A stretch of 60,440 nucleotides of DNA, the filler included, from an uncultured virus (IMG/VR IMGVR_UViG_2124908030_000016) (Duplodnaviria; Heunggongvirae; Uroviricota; Caudoviricetes). It is 12 parts of one record of this genome, joined end to end, with 100 filler letters (N's around TTAATTAATTAA, not from the genome) between each part and the next. Parts side by side here need not be neighbours in the genome. Positions count along the whole stretch, not along the records: positions 48,782 to 57,804 come from IMGVR_UViG_2124908030_000016; positions 57,905 to 60,440 come from IMGVR_UViG_2124908030_000016; 10 more parts are not named here. One strand, 5' to 3'. The translations under genes were made by a program, and so were the position numbers. Positions 51,399-59,971 of this stretch are shown in pieces. The notes below the pieces were generated by a model. The model made no database searches, had not been told where the DNA came from, and saw nothing but the letters and a program-made list of their open reading frames with translations. How positions within the stretch are numbered: the first letter of the stretch is position 1; each line of letters opens with the position of its first letter.

Positions 51399-51834
51399 TC
51401 AGCAGGCCCTGGACGACTACCGCTGGTTCCGCCAGCAGTACCAGGATATCCAGGCCCAGCGTGAGATCATCGCGAACTCGTACGACGAGCGAGAGCGATT
51501 CTACGAGATCCACGGCAAGGATCCCTCGCAGTGGTCTCGGACGGCCGAGACCAGACACGGACGCATCGAACAGCGAATCACAGGCAACCAGAACCAGCTC
51601 GAAACGATGGTTGCGGATTACAATGCTCGCTCGCAGGACGCCACGAGCTCGGTGTTCAAGTGCAGCCTGCCTTATCAGGTGGATGAAAGATTCGCCGTGA
51701 CGGGCCCACCGGGAAGCGGACCAGCAGAACAGCCGGTGGACAAGACCATCGACGGGGAACCTGTCGAGGGCGAGCCCCCGTCTGCGGAACAGTGTGACGG
51801 CCTCCCAGAGGAAGTGCAGAGAGAAGCTCAGTAG
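51399..51834 (+). CDS. Phage protein partnering the downstream lipoprotein (5' end in gap)
   Basis: Y.WF.QQY.DI...ADYNARS...F...LP. Confidence 0.6.
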
Positions 51835-51839
51835 TAGCA

Positions 51840-52502
51840 ATGAAACGCAATACACTCCTCGTGATCGGACTCGCATCGCTCGTGCTCCTTGCTGGATGTG
51901 GTGGCGGACCTGATTCCAGCGGAGATGACCTCGCAGATGACACCGGTACTGAACTCAGTGGGACGGAACTCGGTGAGAGCTACAAGTACGAGATCAAGTT
52001 GACGGAGAAGAACCAGCAGAATCTCGTTCGGCAACAACCGCCGTTCGAGATGGAGAGTTCACTGGAGCGCAAGAACCTGATCGACCGTTACCAGTATCTA
52101 AACGACCAGAACAACGTCCACCACATCTATCTTCTCGGCAACGACGGCGCTGTCGTGAGCTACTACGTGGCTCAGGGCAAGGTTTCGAGTGTCAACTCGA
52201 AGCTGACCAACGACGAACAGATCGTAGCACGTCAAGACTGCCTGAGGACGACCAATAATGGGGGTGAGGGTGCCTGCTTCAAGACCGTCGAGAGCCCGCA
52301 GATGGACGGCTCCTACGGGACAAACGGTGATGGCATCTTCTTCTTCACGACACAGGGTATCTACGTCGAGACGAACCTGAAGTACGTCGTGGCAGAGGAG
52401 CCCCGTCAGATCCAGACCCAGCCAGTGCTCGTTCAACAGGTCGGTGACGGTCAGCAGAACAGCACCAGTATCAGCAGTGCCGGGGTCACTGCGTCGAGCT
52501 AG
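51840..52502 (+). CDS. Phage lipoprotein
   Basis: Lipobox LLAGC; SLERKNL, GKVSS.NS.LT, DGSYGTNGDGIFFFT. Confidence 0.8.
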   Translation: MKRNTLLVIGLASLVLLAGCGGGPDSSGDDLADDTGTELSGTELGESYKYEIKLTEKNQQNLVRQQPPFEMESSLERKNLIDRYQYLNDQNNVHHIYLLGNDGAVVSYYVAQGKVSSVNSKLTNDEQIVARQDCLRTTNNGGEGACFKTVESPQMDGSYGTNGDGIFFFTTQGIYVETNLKYVVAEEPRQIQTQPVLVQQVGDGQQNSTSISSAGVTASS

Positions 52503-52504
52503 CG

Positions 52505-52972
52505 ATGCTCGACCGCCGAACCTTCTACGTCGCAATCGGGAGTCTCGCTGTTGGAACGTTTGGCACGTCGGCGTGGTGGGTCGTGAACGAGGTCGACCCC
52601 AAGCCCGTGGAAGTCGAGCCATCGTCGACCAACGACGAGGTCCAGAGCGCAGCGGAGTTGTCTGGGGACTACCTACGTGCGCTCGAAGGAACAGTCCGAG
52701 ACCCTCGAGTCTACGTCGGAGACAAAGGGTCGATCCTCGCGACCTACCAGTCGCGCGCTGAGACGCCTGCAAGCGTCAAACAGCAGTTCCACGACCTGGT
52801 GGACCTGTACGTCGAGACTGCATCCGACGGGCACGAGCCACGGACACTGACGCTCCGAACGGCAGGACTACGGGCCATCGTTCCTGTGACTGCTCTGCGG
52901 GCCCATCTGTCCGGTGAGATCGACAGAAACGCACTTCACGAAACGGTCGCGATTTCGGATGTCGGTTCGTAG
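52505..52972 (+). CDS. Tat-signal / membrane-anchored protein
   Basis: MLDRRTFY followed by a hydrophobic stretch. Confidence 0.65.
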   Translation: MLDRRTFYVAIGSLAVGTFGTSAWWVVNEVDPKPVEVEPSSTNDEVQSAAELSGDYLRALEGTVRDPRVYVGDKGSILATYQSRAETPASVKQQFHDLVDLYVETASDGHEPRTLTLRTAGLRAIVPVTALRAHLSGEIDRNALHETVAISDVGS

Positions 52973-52976
52973 TTCA

Positions 52977-53024
52977 GTCATCCTGACTCTGGTGAGTATC
53001 GGGGTTCGATTCCCTGGGGTGACA
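52977..53024 (+). ncRNA. Anticodon-less tRNA-like element (t-element)
   Basis: GTCATCC-TG-ACTC(TGGT)GAGT-AT-CGGGG(TTCGATT)CCCTG-GGGTGAC-A. Confidence 0.75.
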
Positions 53025-53025
53025 T

Positions 53026-53334
53026 ATGGAGTACAGCGAATGCGATGGCCACTGTTTCGAGATGTACCCCAACAGCAAGTTGCTCAATGTCGAGGTCGGT
53101 CACAAACAGAGTGACGGAAGTATGACTGGTGTCGAGAAAGACGAACCAGTTAGCCAGGACTACTGTCCTGAATGTGCGAACACAGAATTCGGCATCGATG
53201 TCTCTGGGGCGACGAACTACGACACGAGCACCCCCATCGTCACTCGCCTGAGCTGGCTCACGCCAGACCTGGTCGTCGGGTTCGTCTTCGGGCTGATCGT
53301 GATGCTGATGTTCTGTTCGTTCTTTACGGTCTGA
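53026..53334 (+). CDS. Zinc-motif protein with a C-terminal TM segment
   Basis: CDGHC...YCPEC; hydrophobic tail. Confidence 0.6.
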   Translation: MEYSECDGHCFEMYPNSKLLNVEVGHKQSDGSMTGVEKDEPVSQDYCPECANTEFGIDVSGATNYDTSTPIVTRLSWLTPDLVVGFVFGLIVMLMFCSFFTV

Positions 53335-53395
53335 TAAACGGTCGACACGGATTCGTTACCGATAGACTTTCGTGCTTCAAAGAGTTAGATGTGCT

Positions 53396-53932
53396 ATGAT
53401 ACTTACAGATGGTGAGATTAGAGGGGCGCTCTCTATGGGCGATATCTCCATCGACCCGCTGAACGACGACCAGATCGGGCCTGCATCGGTCGACCTCAGA
53501 CTCGGAGATACCTTCGCTCAGTTCGACCCAGACGTCCAGGGGGCCATCATCGACAGTCGAAAGAACATCGAGCAGTTCACCGAGACGTTCCAGACTGGTG
53601 AATTGGTACTTGATCCAGACGAGTGTGTGCTTGGTACGACTGTCGAAACCGTCGGTCTGGGCGACCAGACGTTCGGGCAGGTCGAAGGGCGGTCGTCGAT
53701 CGGGCGACTTTTCGTCGAGGTTCACAAGACTGCCGGCGTCATCGATCCTGGGTTCACCGGTGAGATCACTCTGGAGATCCACAATGACTTGGACCATCCG
53801 GTGTCATTGTATTCGGGTCAGCGAGTGTGTCAGATAGTCTTGACTCGACTCAATAACCCGGTCGAGCAGCCGTACGATTCGAAGTACCAGGGGCAGACTG
53901 GCCCGACGCCATCGCGAATCGAGCAGGACTGA
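53396..53932 (+). CDS. dcd: dCTP deaminase
   Basis: PASVDLRLG, EGRSSIGRL, AGVIDPGFTGEITLE, KYQGQ. Confidence 0.96.
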   Translation: MILTDGEIRGALSMGDISIDPLNDDQIGPASVDLRLGDTFAQFDPDVQGAIIDSRKNIEQFTETFQTGELVLDPDECVLGTTVETVGLGDQTFGQVEGRSSIGRLFVEVHKTAGVIDPGFTGEITLEIHNDLDHPVSLYSGQRVCQIVLTRLNNPVEQPYDSKYQGQTGPTPSRIEQD

Positions 53933-53934
53933 CG

Positions 53935-54150
53935 GTGGAGTCCTCATCGAGGCATATCCTGCCTTCCGATCCTGACGACTTCGACGAAGCATACGAGACG
54001 TACATCAAAAACAAGCGTGTGTTCGACGAGATACTTGCCCTCGATACACGAGAGCCAGGTGATCAACGACGAGAGCGTCTGCGGGAGATCTGGGAGAATG
54101 GCAATCTGAAGTTCGTCGCAAACGTGGCGGTGATATCTCCGGATGATTGA
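53935..54150 (+). CDS. Hypothetical protein
   Basis: Follows dcd. Confidence 0.5.
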   Translation: MESSSRHILPSDPDDFDEAYETYIKNKRVFDEILALDTREPGDQRRERLREIWENGNLKFVANVAVISPDD

Positions 54151-54183
54151 TTCGACAGACAGTCCACGGGAGCAGCGGTCTTC

Positions 54184-54363
54184 GTGAGCAGTGACTCTGA
54201 CACCGAGCTGGTCAAAGAGGTCCTGTATTATCACGAGCCCTGTTCCATCGACGAGCTCGAGCACCGCCTCGACGAAGACAGTGATGCTGTTCGGCGTGCT
54301 CTGTCCGATCTCCTCGCTCGGGGGTGGGCAGAGCACACCACTCGTGGGTACCGACTGCTGTGA
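54184..54363 (+). CDS. Small winged-helix DNA-binding protein (not in ORF track)
   Basis: MSSDSDTELVKEVLYYHEPCSIDELEHRLDEDSDAVRRALSDLLARGWAEHTTRGYRLL. Confidence 0.65.
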   Translation: MSSDSDTELVKEVLYYHEPCSIDELEHRLDEDSDAVRRALSDLLARGWAEHTTRGYRLL

Positions 54364-55112
54364 GACGATTTGTCATTAGCGACATTACGACAACTGGCCA
54401 GCTCTGAGGCCGGTGTAACAGAGCACTTCCAGTCGACCAGCTAATCCGTATCTTGGAACAGATTGTCGAGACCTTTTTCTGGCATTGCGTCTTCGGACTG
54501 GAGAACCTGGCTGAAGATACACAACCCCAACTCCTCTGGCACCGCTCGGATGACCTTATAGAATGACGAAACCGATAGCTCGACTGTCACCGCCGGCTCA
54601 GTCTCTGTTTCCGCCTCTGATTTTGCTGTTTGTNNNNNNNNNNNNNNNNNNNNNNNNNNNNNNNNNNNNNNNNNNNNNNNNNNNNNNNNNNNNNNNNNNN
54701 NNNNNNNNNNNNNNNNNNNNNNNNNNNNNNNNNNNNNNNNNNNNNNNNNNNNNNNNNNNNNNNNNNNNNNNNNNNNNNNNNNNNNNNNNNNNNNNNNNNN
54801 NNNNNNNNNNNNNNNNNNNNNNNNNNNNNNNNNNNNNNNNNNNNNNNNNNNNNNNNNNNNNNNNNNNNNNNNNNNNNNNNNNNNNNNNNTGCTGATTTCG
54901 TCGTCACGTTTGTCGTACACAGCCTGCATATCAGCTGTTGTTTGGCTCATTTCCACAACGAACTCCTCTATCTGTCGATATAAAACATCATAGTTGTATT
55001 CTGTGTGATGAAAACAGTGCATCTACCGTCTACTGGATTCGACAGAGGACTTGTATAAGCGCTAGTACACAGGCTCGAAAGTTTTTCGTGCGTCGGTCAC
55101 ATACAAAAAGTC

Positions 55113-56540
55113 GTGACAGTCGAGATAGACGGTGAGTACACAACGGCGAGGGTGATGGGTCTCGAGGAAGACGAAGTCGAGCAAAACGTCATCGACCAGA
55201 TTCAGACCTTCGTCGACGCGCCGGCGTTCCAAGAGTCGGTTCGAGTGATGCCAGATACGCACGTTGGAGCAGGGTGCGCGATCGGGTTCACGATGCCCCT
55301 GAACGAGCGTGTCGTCCCGAACGCGATCGGCGTTGACATCGGCTGTGGAATGGTCGCTGGAGAGATGGGAGTGATCGAGACTGACGACAAAGCTCTCGCG
55401 GAATACGACGAGGCTATCCGTGACACTGTTCCGACTGGACGTTCGGTGCGCTCGAACCCCGACTATCACATTGCTAATGGGTTCCCGTGGGAGAGCTGTG
55501 AAGAGAAGCTCGCGCAGTTCCGCGAGACCATCGGTGATCCTAACTGGTGGGACGAGCCCGACTGGTTCGACGGTTACGATATCGACTACCTGAAAGAGCT
55601 ATGTGGTCGTGTCGAGTACGACCTCAATCGTGTCATCAGCTCGCTCGGGACGCTCGGTGGAGGTAATCACTTCATCGAACTCGGGCAGACTGATGACGAG
55701 CGTGTTTGGGCAGTGATTCACTCTGGGTCGAGGGGAATCGGCTTCTCGATTGCCGAGTACTGGCAGGAGAACGCAACAGAGCGTCGAACAGCTGACTGGA
55801 TACGGTCCGAACTTCGTGACGGACTCGAGCGCTACGTGGTTCCCAGTCTGGACATCGACGATGGTGAACTGGTTCAGTGGTTCCAGGGTGGGCAGGGACA
55901 GAGCTACATCGACTCAGAGGCTATCAAAAGCGCTGTCACCGACAACTACCTCATCGGAATCATCCACGAACTCATCCGCGAGGCACACCCCCAAGAGCGC
56001 CCTGACAACGAGGCACTGGACTATCTTGAGCGTGAAGAAGCAGTCGGCTACTACATCGATATGGTTTTCGCTCAGACCTATGCCGATGAGAGTCGTCGGC
56101 TGATGCTCCGCGAGGTCTGTGACGCAGTCGACAGTCTTCCGGGTACTGTGATCAGTTCCACTCATAATTTCATCGACTTTGACGACGGGGTGATGCGCAA
56201 GGGTGCCTGTCGTTCTCGTGAAGATGAGTGGTTCGTTCTGCCGTTCAATATGGCAGACGGGACCTACCTCTGTCGGGGAACCGGAGCCTCTGACTGGAAT
56301 CACTCGGCTCCCCACGGTGCTGGTCGGGTGATGTCCCGAACGCAGGCGTTCGACGAGCTCGACCTCGCTCAAATGAAGGCAGAGATGACCGACGTGTTCT
56401 CGACCAGTGTCGTTCAGGAGACGCTGGACGAGGCGCCACAGGCATACAAGTCAGCCGAGCTGATCGCGAACGCCATCGAGGGGACAGCCACGGTCGAAGA
56501 ACACCTCGATCCCGTACTCTCGATAAAGGCACTCGAATAG
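55113..56540 (+). CDS. rtcB: RtcB RNA ligase
   Basis: MPDTH.G.G, GVDIGCG, GTLGGGNHFIE, IHSGSRG, HN, RKGA, SAPHGAGR, DEAP.AYK. Confidence 0.97.
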   Translation: MTVEIDGEYTTARVMGLEEDEVEQNVIDQIQTFVDAPAFQESVRVMPDTHVGAGCAIGFTMPLNERVVPNAIGVDIGCGMVAGEMGVIETDDKALAEYDEAIRDTVPTGRSVRSNPDYHIANGFPWESCEEKLAQFRETIGDPNWWDEPDWFDGYDIDYLKELCGRVEYDLNRVISSLGTLGGGNHFIELGQTDDERVWAVIHSGSRGIGFSIAEYWQENATERRTADWIRSELRDGLERYVVPSLDIDDGELVQWFQGGQGQSYIDSEAIKSAVTDNYLIGIIHELIREAHPQERPDNEALDYLEREEAVGYYIDMVFAQTYADESRRLMLREVCDAVDSLPGTVISSTHNFIDFDDGVMRKGACRSREDEWFVLPFNMADGTYLCRGTGASDWNHSAPHGAGRVMSRTQAFDELDLAQMKAEMTDVFSTSVVQETLDEAPQAYKSAELIANAIEGTATVEEHLDPVLSIKALE

Positions 56541-56559
56541 GCGATGAGTAAGCGGTCGT

Positions 56560-56635
56560 GCCAGCCGAGCGTGGGTCTGGTACACGCGCTTCCTTTGTAA
56601 GGAAGAGTTCTCGGGTTCGAATCCTGAGGCTGGCT
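56560..56635 (+). tRNA. tRNA-Thr(TGT)
   Basis: GCCAGCC/GGCTGGC; GCGT/ACGC; CTTCC-TTTGTAA-GGAAG; TCGGG-TTCGAAT-CCTGA. Confidence 0.93.
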
Positions 56636-56675
56636 TCTTCGTAACAATTAGGTGCGTCAACTACGTACGACGAGT

Positions 56676-56837
56676 GTGTCGTACCACATTACCTGCTCGT
56701 GTGGTCTGAGTATGGTGATCGATGGTGAGAAAGCCATCGACGCCGAGTCTGAGGCCCGGATACAAGCGAGCGATCACGAAGATACCTGTGATGCCGGAAA
56801 TACCGACGTCAACCGTGTCACGGAGGAGTACACGTGA
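56676..56837 (+). CDS. Small zinc-binding protein
   Basis: CSCG...H...C; promoter dyad at 56652. Confidence 0.55.
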   Translation: MSYHITCSCGLSMVIDGEKAIDAESEARIQASDHEDTCDAGNTDVNRVTEEYT

Positions 56838-57556
56838 GCGGGTGGAGCACCATCACGCTCGAGCCGAACGCCGACTCCGAGGGCCCTGACGAATACTACG
56901 GGCGTCGGAGCCTCGAAGCAGATCTCCTCGAAGAGCTGAACGAGCGTGAGGTCTACGGCACGGTCGTCAGCCACCAGCGGGGTGCCGTCGCTGAGATCGG
57001 TGGCTACCGCGACTGGAGTGAAGACATCTCGATCCTCGAGAGTCTCGGCGAACGCTGGGAGCGAGCCGTCGTCATTCAGGCCAACGACACCTCGGATGTC
57101 GGCGATGCCAGGTACTTCGAGCACGCTCAAGAGGGCTGGGTCAGCTACGACAGCGGTGAGGTCGCGTGCCTCAACAGCTTCGAGGAGAACGAACTCGTTC
57201 ACGGAAGACCTGTCGGGTCGCTGGCTGCTAGCCAGATGCAGGTCCAGCACGGTATTCCGTGTCTCGCTTCGATAGACACGACCAAACTCCGATTTCGAAA
57301 GACAACTGACATCAAACAGAAGTCTCTCTCAGAGCGTGGACGTCAGGACGACCTCCTGGACAACGACTCCACTGTCGAGAACACCGACACGGATGAGATG
57401 CTCGAGCAAGTCGTTCGAGAACTCGCAGACGACGAAGACCTCTCGACGGCAGTACAGCTAGCTGTTGGCATCTCTGGAAAGTCGTACAGTGTCATCAAAA
57501 CGCTGGTCGATGATGACGAGATCGAGCTCGGCCAGAGTTCGGATGGTGGTGTCTGA
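56834..57556 (+). CDS. Hypothetical protein
   Basis: Acidic 240-aa ORF coupled to the ligase gene. Confidence 0.65.
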   Translation: MSGWSTITLEPNADSEGPDEYYGRRSLEADLLEELNEREVYGTVVSHQRGAVAEIGGYRDWSEDISILESLGERWERAVVIQANDTSDVGDARYFEHAQEGWVSYDSGEVACLNSFEENELVHGRPVGSLAASQMQVQHGIPCLASIDTTKLRFRKTTDIKQKSLSERGRQDDLLDNDSTVENTDTDEMLEQVVRELADDEDLSTAVQLAVGISGKSYSVIKTLVDDDEIELGQSSDGGV

Positions 57557-57804
57557 TGGCGTTCAAAAAGTACCCGAAGATTCGTCGACCGGGCCACCCC
57601 GAAACGAGTGGCCTCCTGGCCGAGCCCGACGACGAACTCGTGATCACCGAGAAACACGACGGGAGTAATTTTCGGTTCTGTCGTGACGAAGACAACATCC
57701 GGTTCGGGAGTCGGAACTGCGACCTCGGAATAAACCTCGAGGAGATCGGCGGACAGTTCGAGGCTGTTTCGGACCACATCAGCAACCGGACGACGTACGA
57801 GGAC
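57556..57804 (+). CDS. ATP-dependent RNA ligase (Rnl2-like), 3' truncated
   Basis: KYPKI, TEKHDGSN (motif I), FGSRN. Confidence 0.82.
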
Positions 57805-58011
57805 NNNNNNNNNNNNNNNNNNNNNNNNNNNNNNNNNNNNNNNNNNNNTTAATTAATTAANNNNNNNNNNNNNNNNNNNNNNNNNNNNNNNNNNNNNNNN
57901 NNNNGTGTATAGCGCACTTACCTATCTTCAGGTCGAGGGTGAGATCGACATCTCTGTCAACGATACCATCGCAACGCGATAGACCTAAATGCGTCACTCA
58001 CATACGGATGT

Positions 58012-58557
58012 TTGGATGCACCGAACTATCATCCAGGAGATGTCGCGATGACCGTGGTTGAACTCGGCGACAAGGTCGAAGACCGCGTGACTGGGTTCAC
58101 GGGGATCGCCATCGGAGTCACCGACGACTTCGCTGGCTGTACCCGAGTCGTCGTCGAAACCGGCGACGAAGGACGAGTGACGCGCGAGCACTTCGACATC
58201 GATGCAATCGAAGTGCTCAAGCGGGGTGTCGTCGACCAGCCCGACTCGGACGACGCAATGGTTCCGGTGGGCGCACACGTTTTCGACCTCGAGTCTGGGT
58301 TCGAAGGAACTGTTGGTCGGACGACGCAATGGCTGTTCCGTGCGAACAACGCACTGGTTCGGCCGAACGTCTCCGATCAGTCCATCGACCGCCCCGACTC
58401 CGAGGTTATCGACATCCCCCAGCTCGACGTCGTTGAGAAGGGCAAGTACAATCGGCAGGGTGAGCGCGACAAGGTACTCAATGAAATCGAAGCTGAGGCC
58501 TCGACCGGCTCCGTTGGTGACAAGGGACTCAAGCGCACCAGCGCCGACAAGTTCTGA
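58012..58557 (+). CDS. Hypothetical protein with two SH3-like repeats
   Basis: LGDKVEDRVTGFTG and VGAHVFDLESGFEG repeats. Confidence 0.65.
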   Translation: MDAPNYHPGDVAMTVVELGDKVEDRVTGFTGIAIGVTDDFAGCTRVVVETGDEGRVTREHFDIDAIEVLKRGVVDQPDSDDAMVPVGAHVFDLESGFEGTVGRTTQWLFRANNALVRPNVSDQSIDRPDSEVIDIPQLDVVEKGKYNRQGERDKVLNEIEAEASTGSVGDKGLKRTSADKF

Positions 58558-58728
58558 TCGCGTCACTGTCGTTGGTCTGTACTGCCCTCTCACCCGAAGA
58601 ACATCCCCGTCACGGTGATAGTGGTACTGAGAATGACGCGCCTGTTTCTGGGGGTTTTTCCGACGCCGACAAACGGTCTGGCACTCTTGCCGTTAGACTT
58701 AGGTGCGTGTAATAACTACACTGTATCG

Positions 58729-59034
58729 ATGCGAGCGACAGGGGACATTCCCGAAAAGGACGAAGTCGAGCCAGTAAACCTCGAAGGCGCTCGGAGTGTC
58801 GACATCATCAAGGAGGTCGTCGAGGGGACCGACGAATCGGGTGGGTCCGGAGAGATCCACGCGTACTTCCCGAATCTCGAGATCGGTGAAGACATCCACA
58901 TCAAAGAACGGCAGAGTCACATCTGGCCCGACGTCCGTGGTGGGAAGGGTCTGATCTACGTACTGAACGGCGACGTCGAGCGGTGGCTGTTCCCGGAAGA
59001 CGTGGTATTCCTCGAGTATCACTACGATGAGTGA
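58729..59034 (+). CDS. Hypothetical protein
   Basis: Promoter motif at 58699. Confidence 0.6.
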   Translation: MRATGDIPEKDEVEPVNLEGARSVDIIKEVVEGTDESGGSGEIHAYFPNLEIGEDIHIKERQSHIWPDVRGGKGLIYVLNGDVERWLFPEDVVFLEYHYDE

Positions 59035-59089
59035 AACAACTGGGTCCTGAAGCCGGTCAGAGGTAGCGAGAGGCCAGCAGATCGTCGCA

Positions 59090-59608
59090 ATGGGAGCATC
59101 GAAGCGCGGGCTAAACTACGAGCACAGAATCGCAAACGGCATCTATCTACGAACGGAAATCCCGGCACTCAGATCCGGGTACAGCGGAAACCAGCTGGTG
59201 CCATCTCCCGACATCGTGATCGACGACGGTGAGAAGCTACACGCAATCGAGCTGAAGACCACAAGTGAGGGTCGGACATCGCTGACGTGGGAGGCCGACG
59301 ACGAGGAGAACGACGACATCTCTGGTCTCCTGGAGTTCACACGGGACTGCCCACGAACGGTCTGCCCGTATCTTGGAGTGAAGTTCAACCACCGTCAACT
59401 CAGTCTCGCGAAGGGGTGGCCGATGGCCGACGACACAGCTGTCCTGCTCGAGACGTTTGCGGGAACAGCACCGACTGACGTCCGACTGACGAACAATCTG
59501 AATCTCTCCTGGCACAAGCCAGACACCGACGAATGGCTATCTCAGCAGAAAGGTGACGACATCAAGTACATCTGCGAGGTCCTGGGACTCGATCAGTCCG
59601 GGGAATAG
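59090..59608 (+). CDS. hjc: Archaeal Holliday junction resolvase
   Basis: G..YEH.IA, RSGYSG, PDIV, AIELKTT. Confidence 0.85.
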   Translation: MGASKRGLNYEHRIANGIYLRTEIPALRSGYSGNQLVPSPDIVIDDGEKLHAIELKTTSEGRTSLTWEADDEENDDISGLLEFTRDCPRTVCPYLGVKFNHRQLSLAKGWPMADDTAVLLETFAGTAPTDVRLTNNLNLSWHKPDTDEWLSQQKGDDIKYICEVLGLDQSGE

Positions 59609-59952
59609 AACGCACGAGGGCGGTCTTCAGAGCTTGAATCCCATTCGTAGGCGTGTGGATACCCGCCTGGAATTCGGGTGATTCCCGAATTATACTGGTC
59701 GCGGTTGTTCCAAAACTCATCCCAGGGGTCATCCAGTGTCACCGACCGTCGCCGTTCGTTCATATCGATGACAACGCCACAGATCCCACAGACGAGTTCT
59801 GTCGAGTCGTACCAACAGAATCCCTCACAGCTGGAATCGGGACACTCTGATAACGTCGAGTTGTAGCCGTGTTCTGACAGCCACGACCCAATTTCGCCAC
59901 TACGCCGAACAACAGGCTCTTCGGCCTCTGTTTGATCGTCCTCAGCAGACAT
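59593..59952 (-). CDS. TFIIB-type zinc-ribbon protein
   Basis: CPDSSC...YD..ELVCGICGVVID. Confidence 0.55.
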   Translation of the reverse strand: MSAEDDQTEAEEPVVRRSGEIGSWLSEHGYNSTLSECPDSSCEGFCWYDSTELVCGICGVVIDMNERRRSVTLDDPWDEFWNNRDQYNSGITRIPGGYPHAYEWDSSSEDRPRAFYSPD

Positions 59953-59971
59953 AAGCGACGAAACCGACGAG

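Noticed and set aside
4860..57860. Recurrent TTAATTAATTAA palindrome
   Set aside because: Always embedded in N runs; an artificial stop linker.
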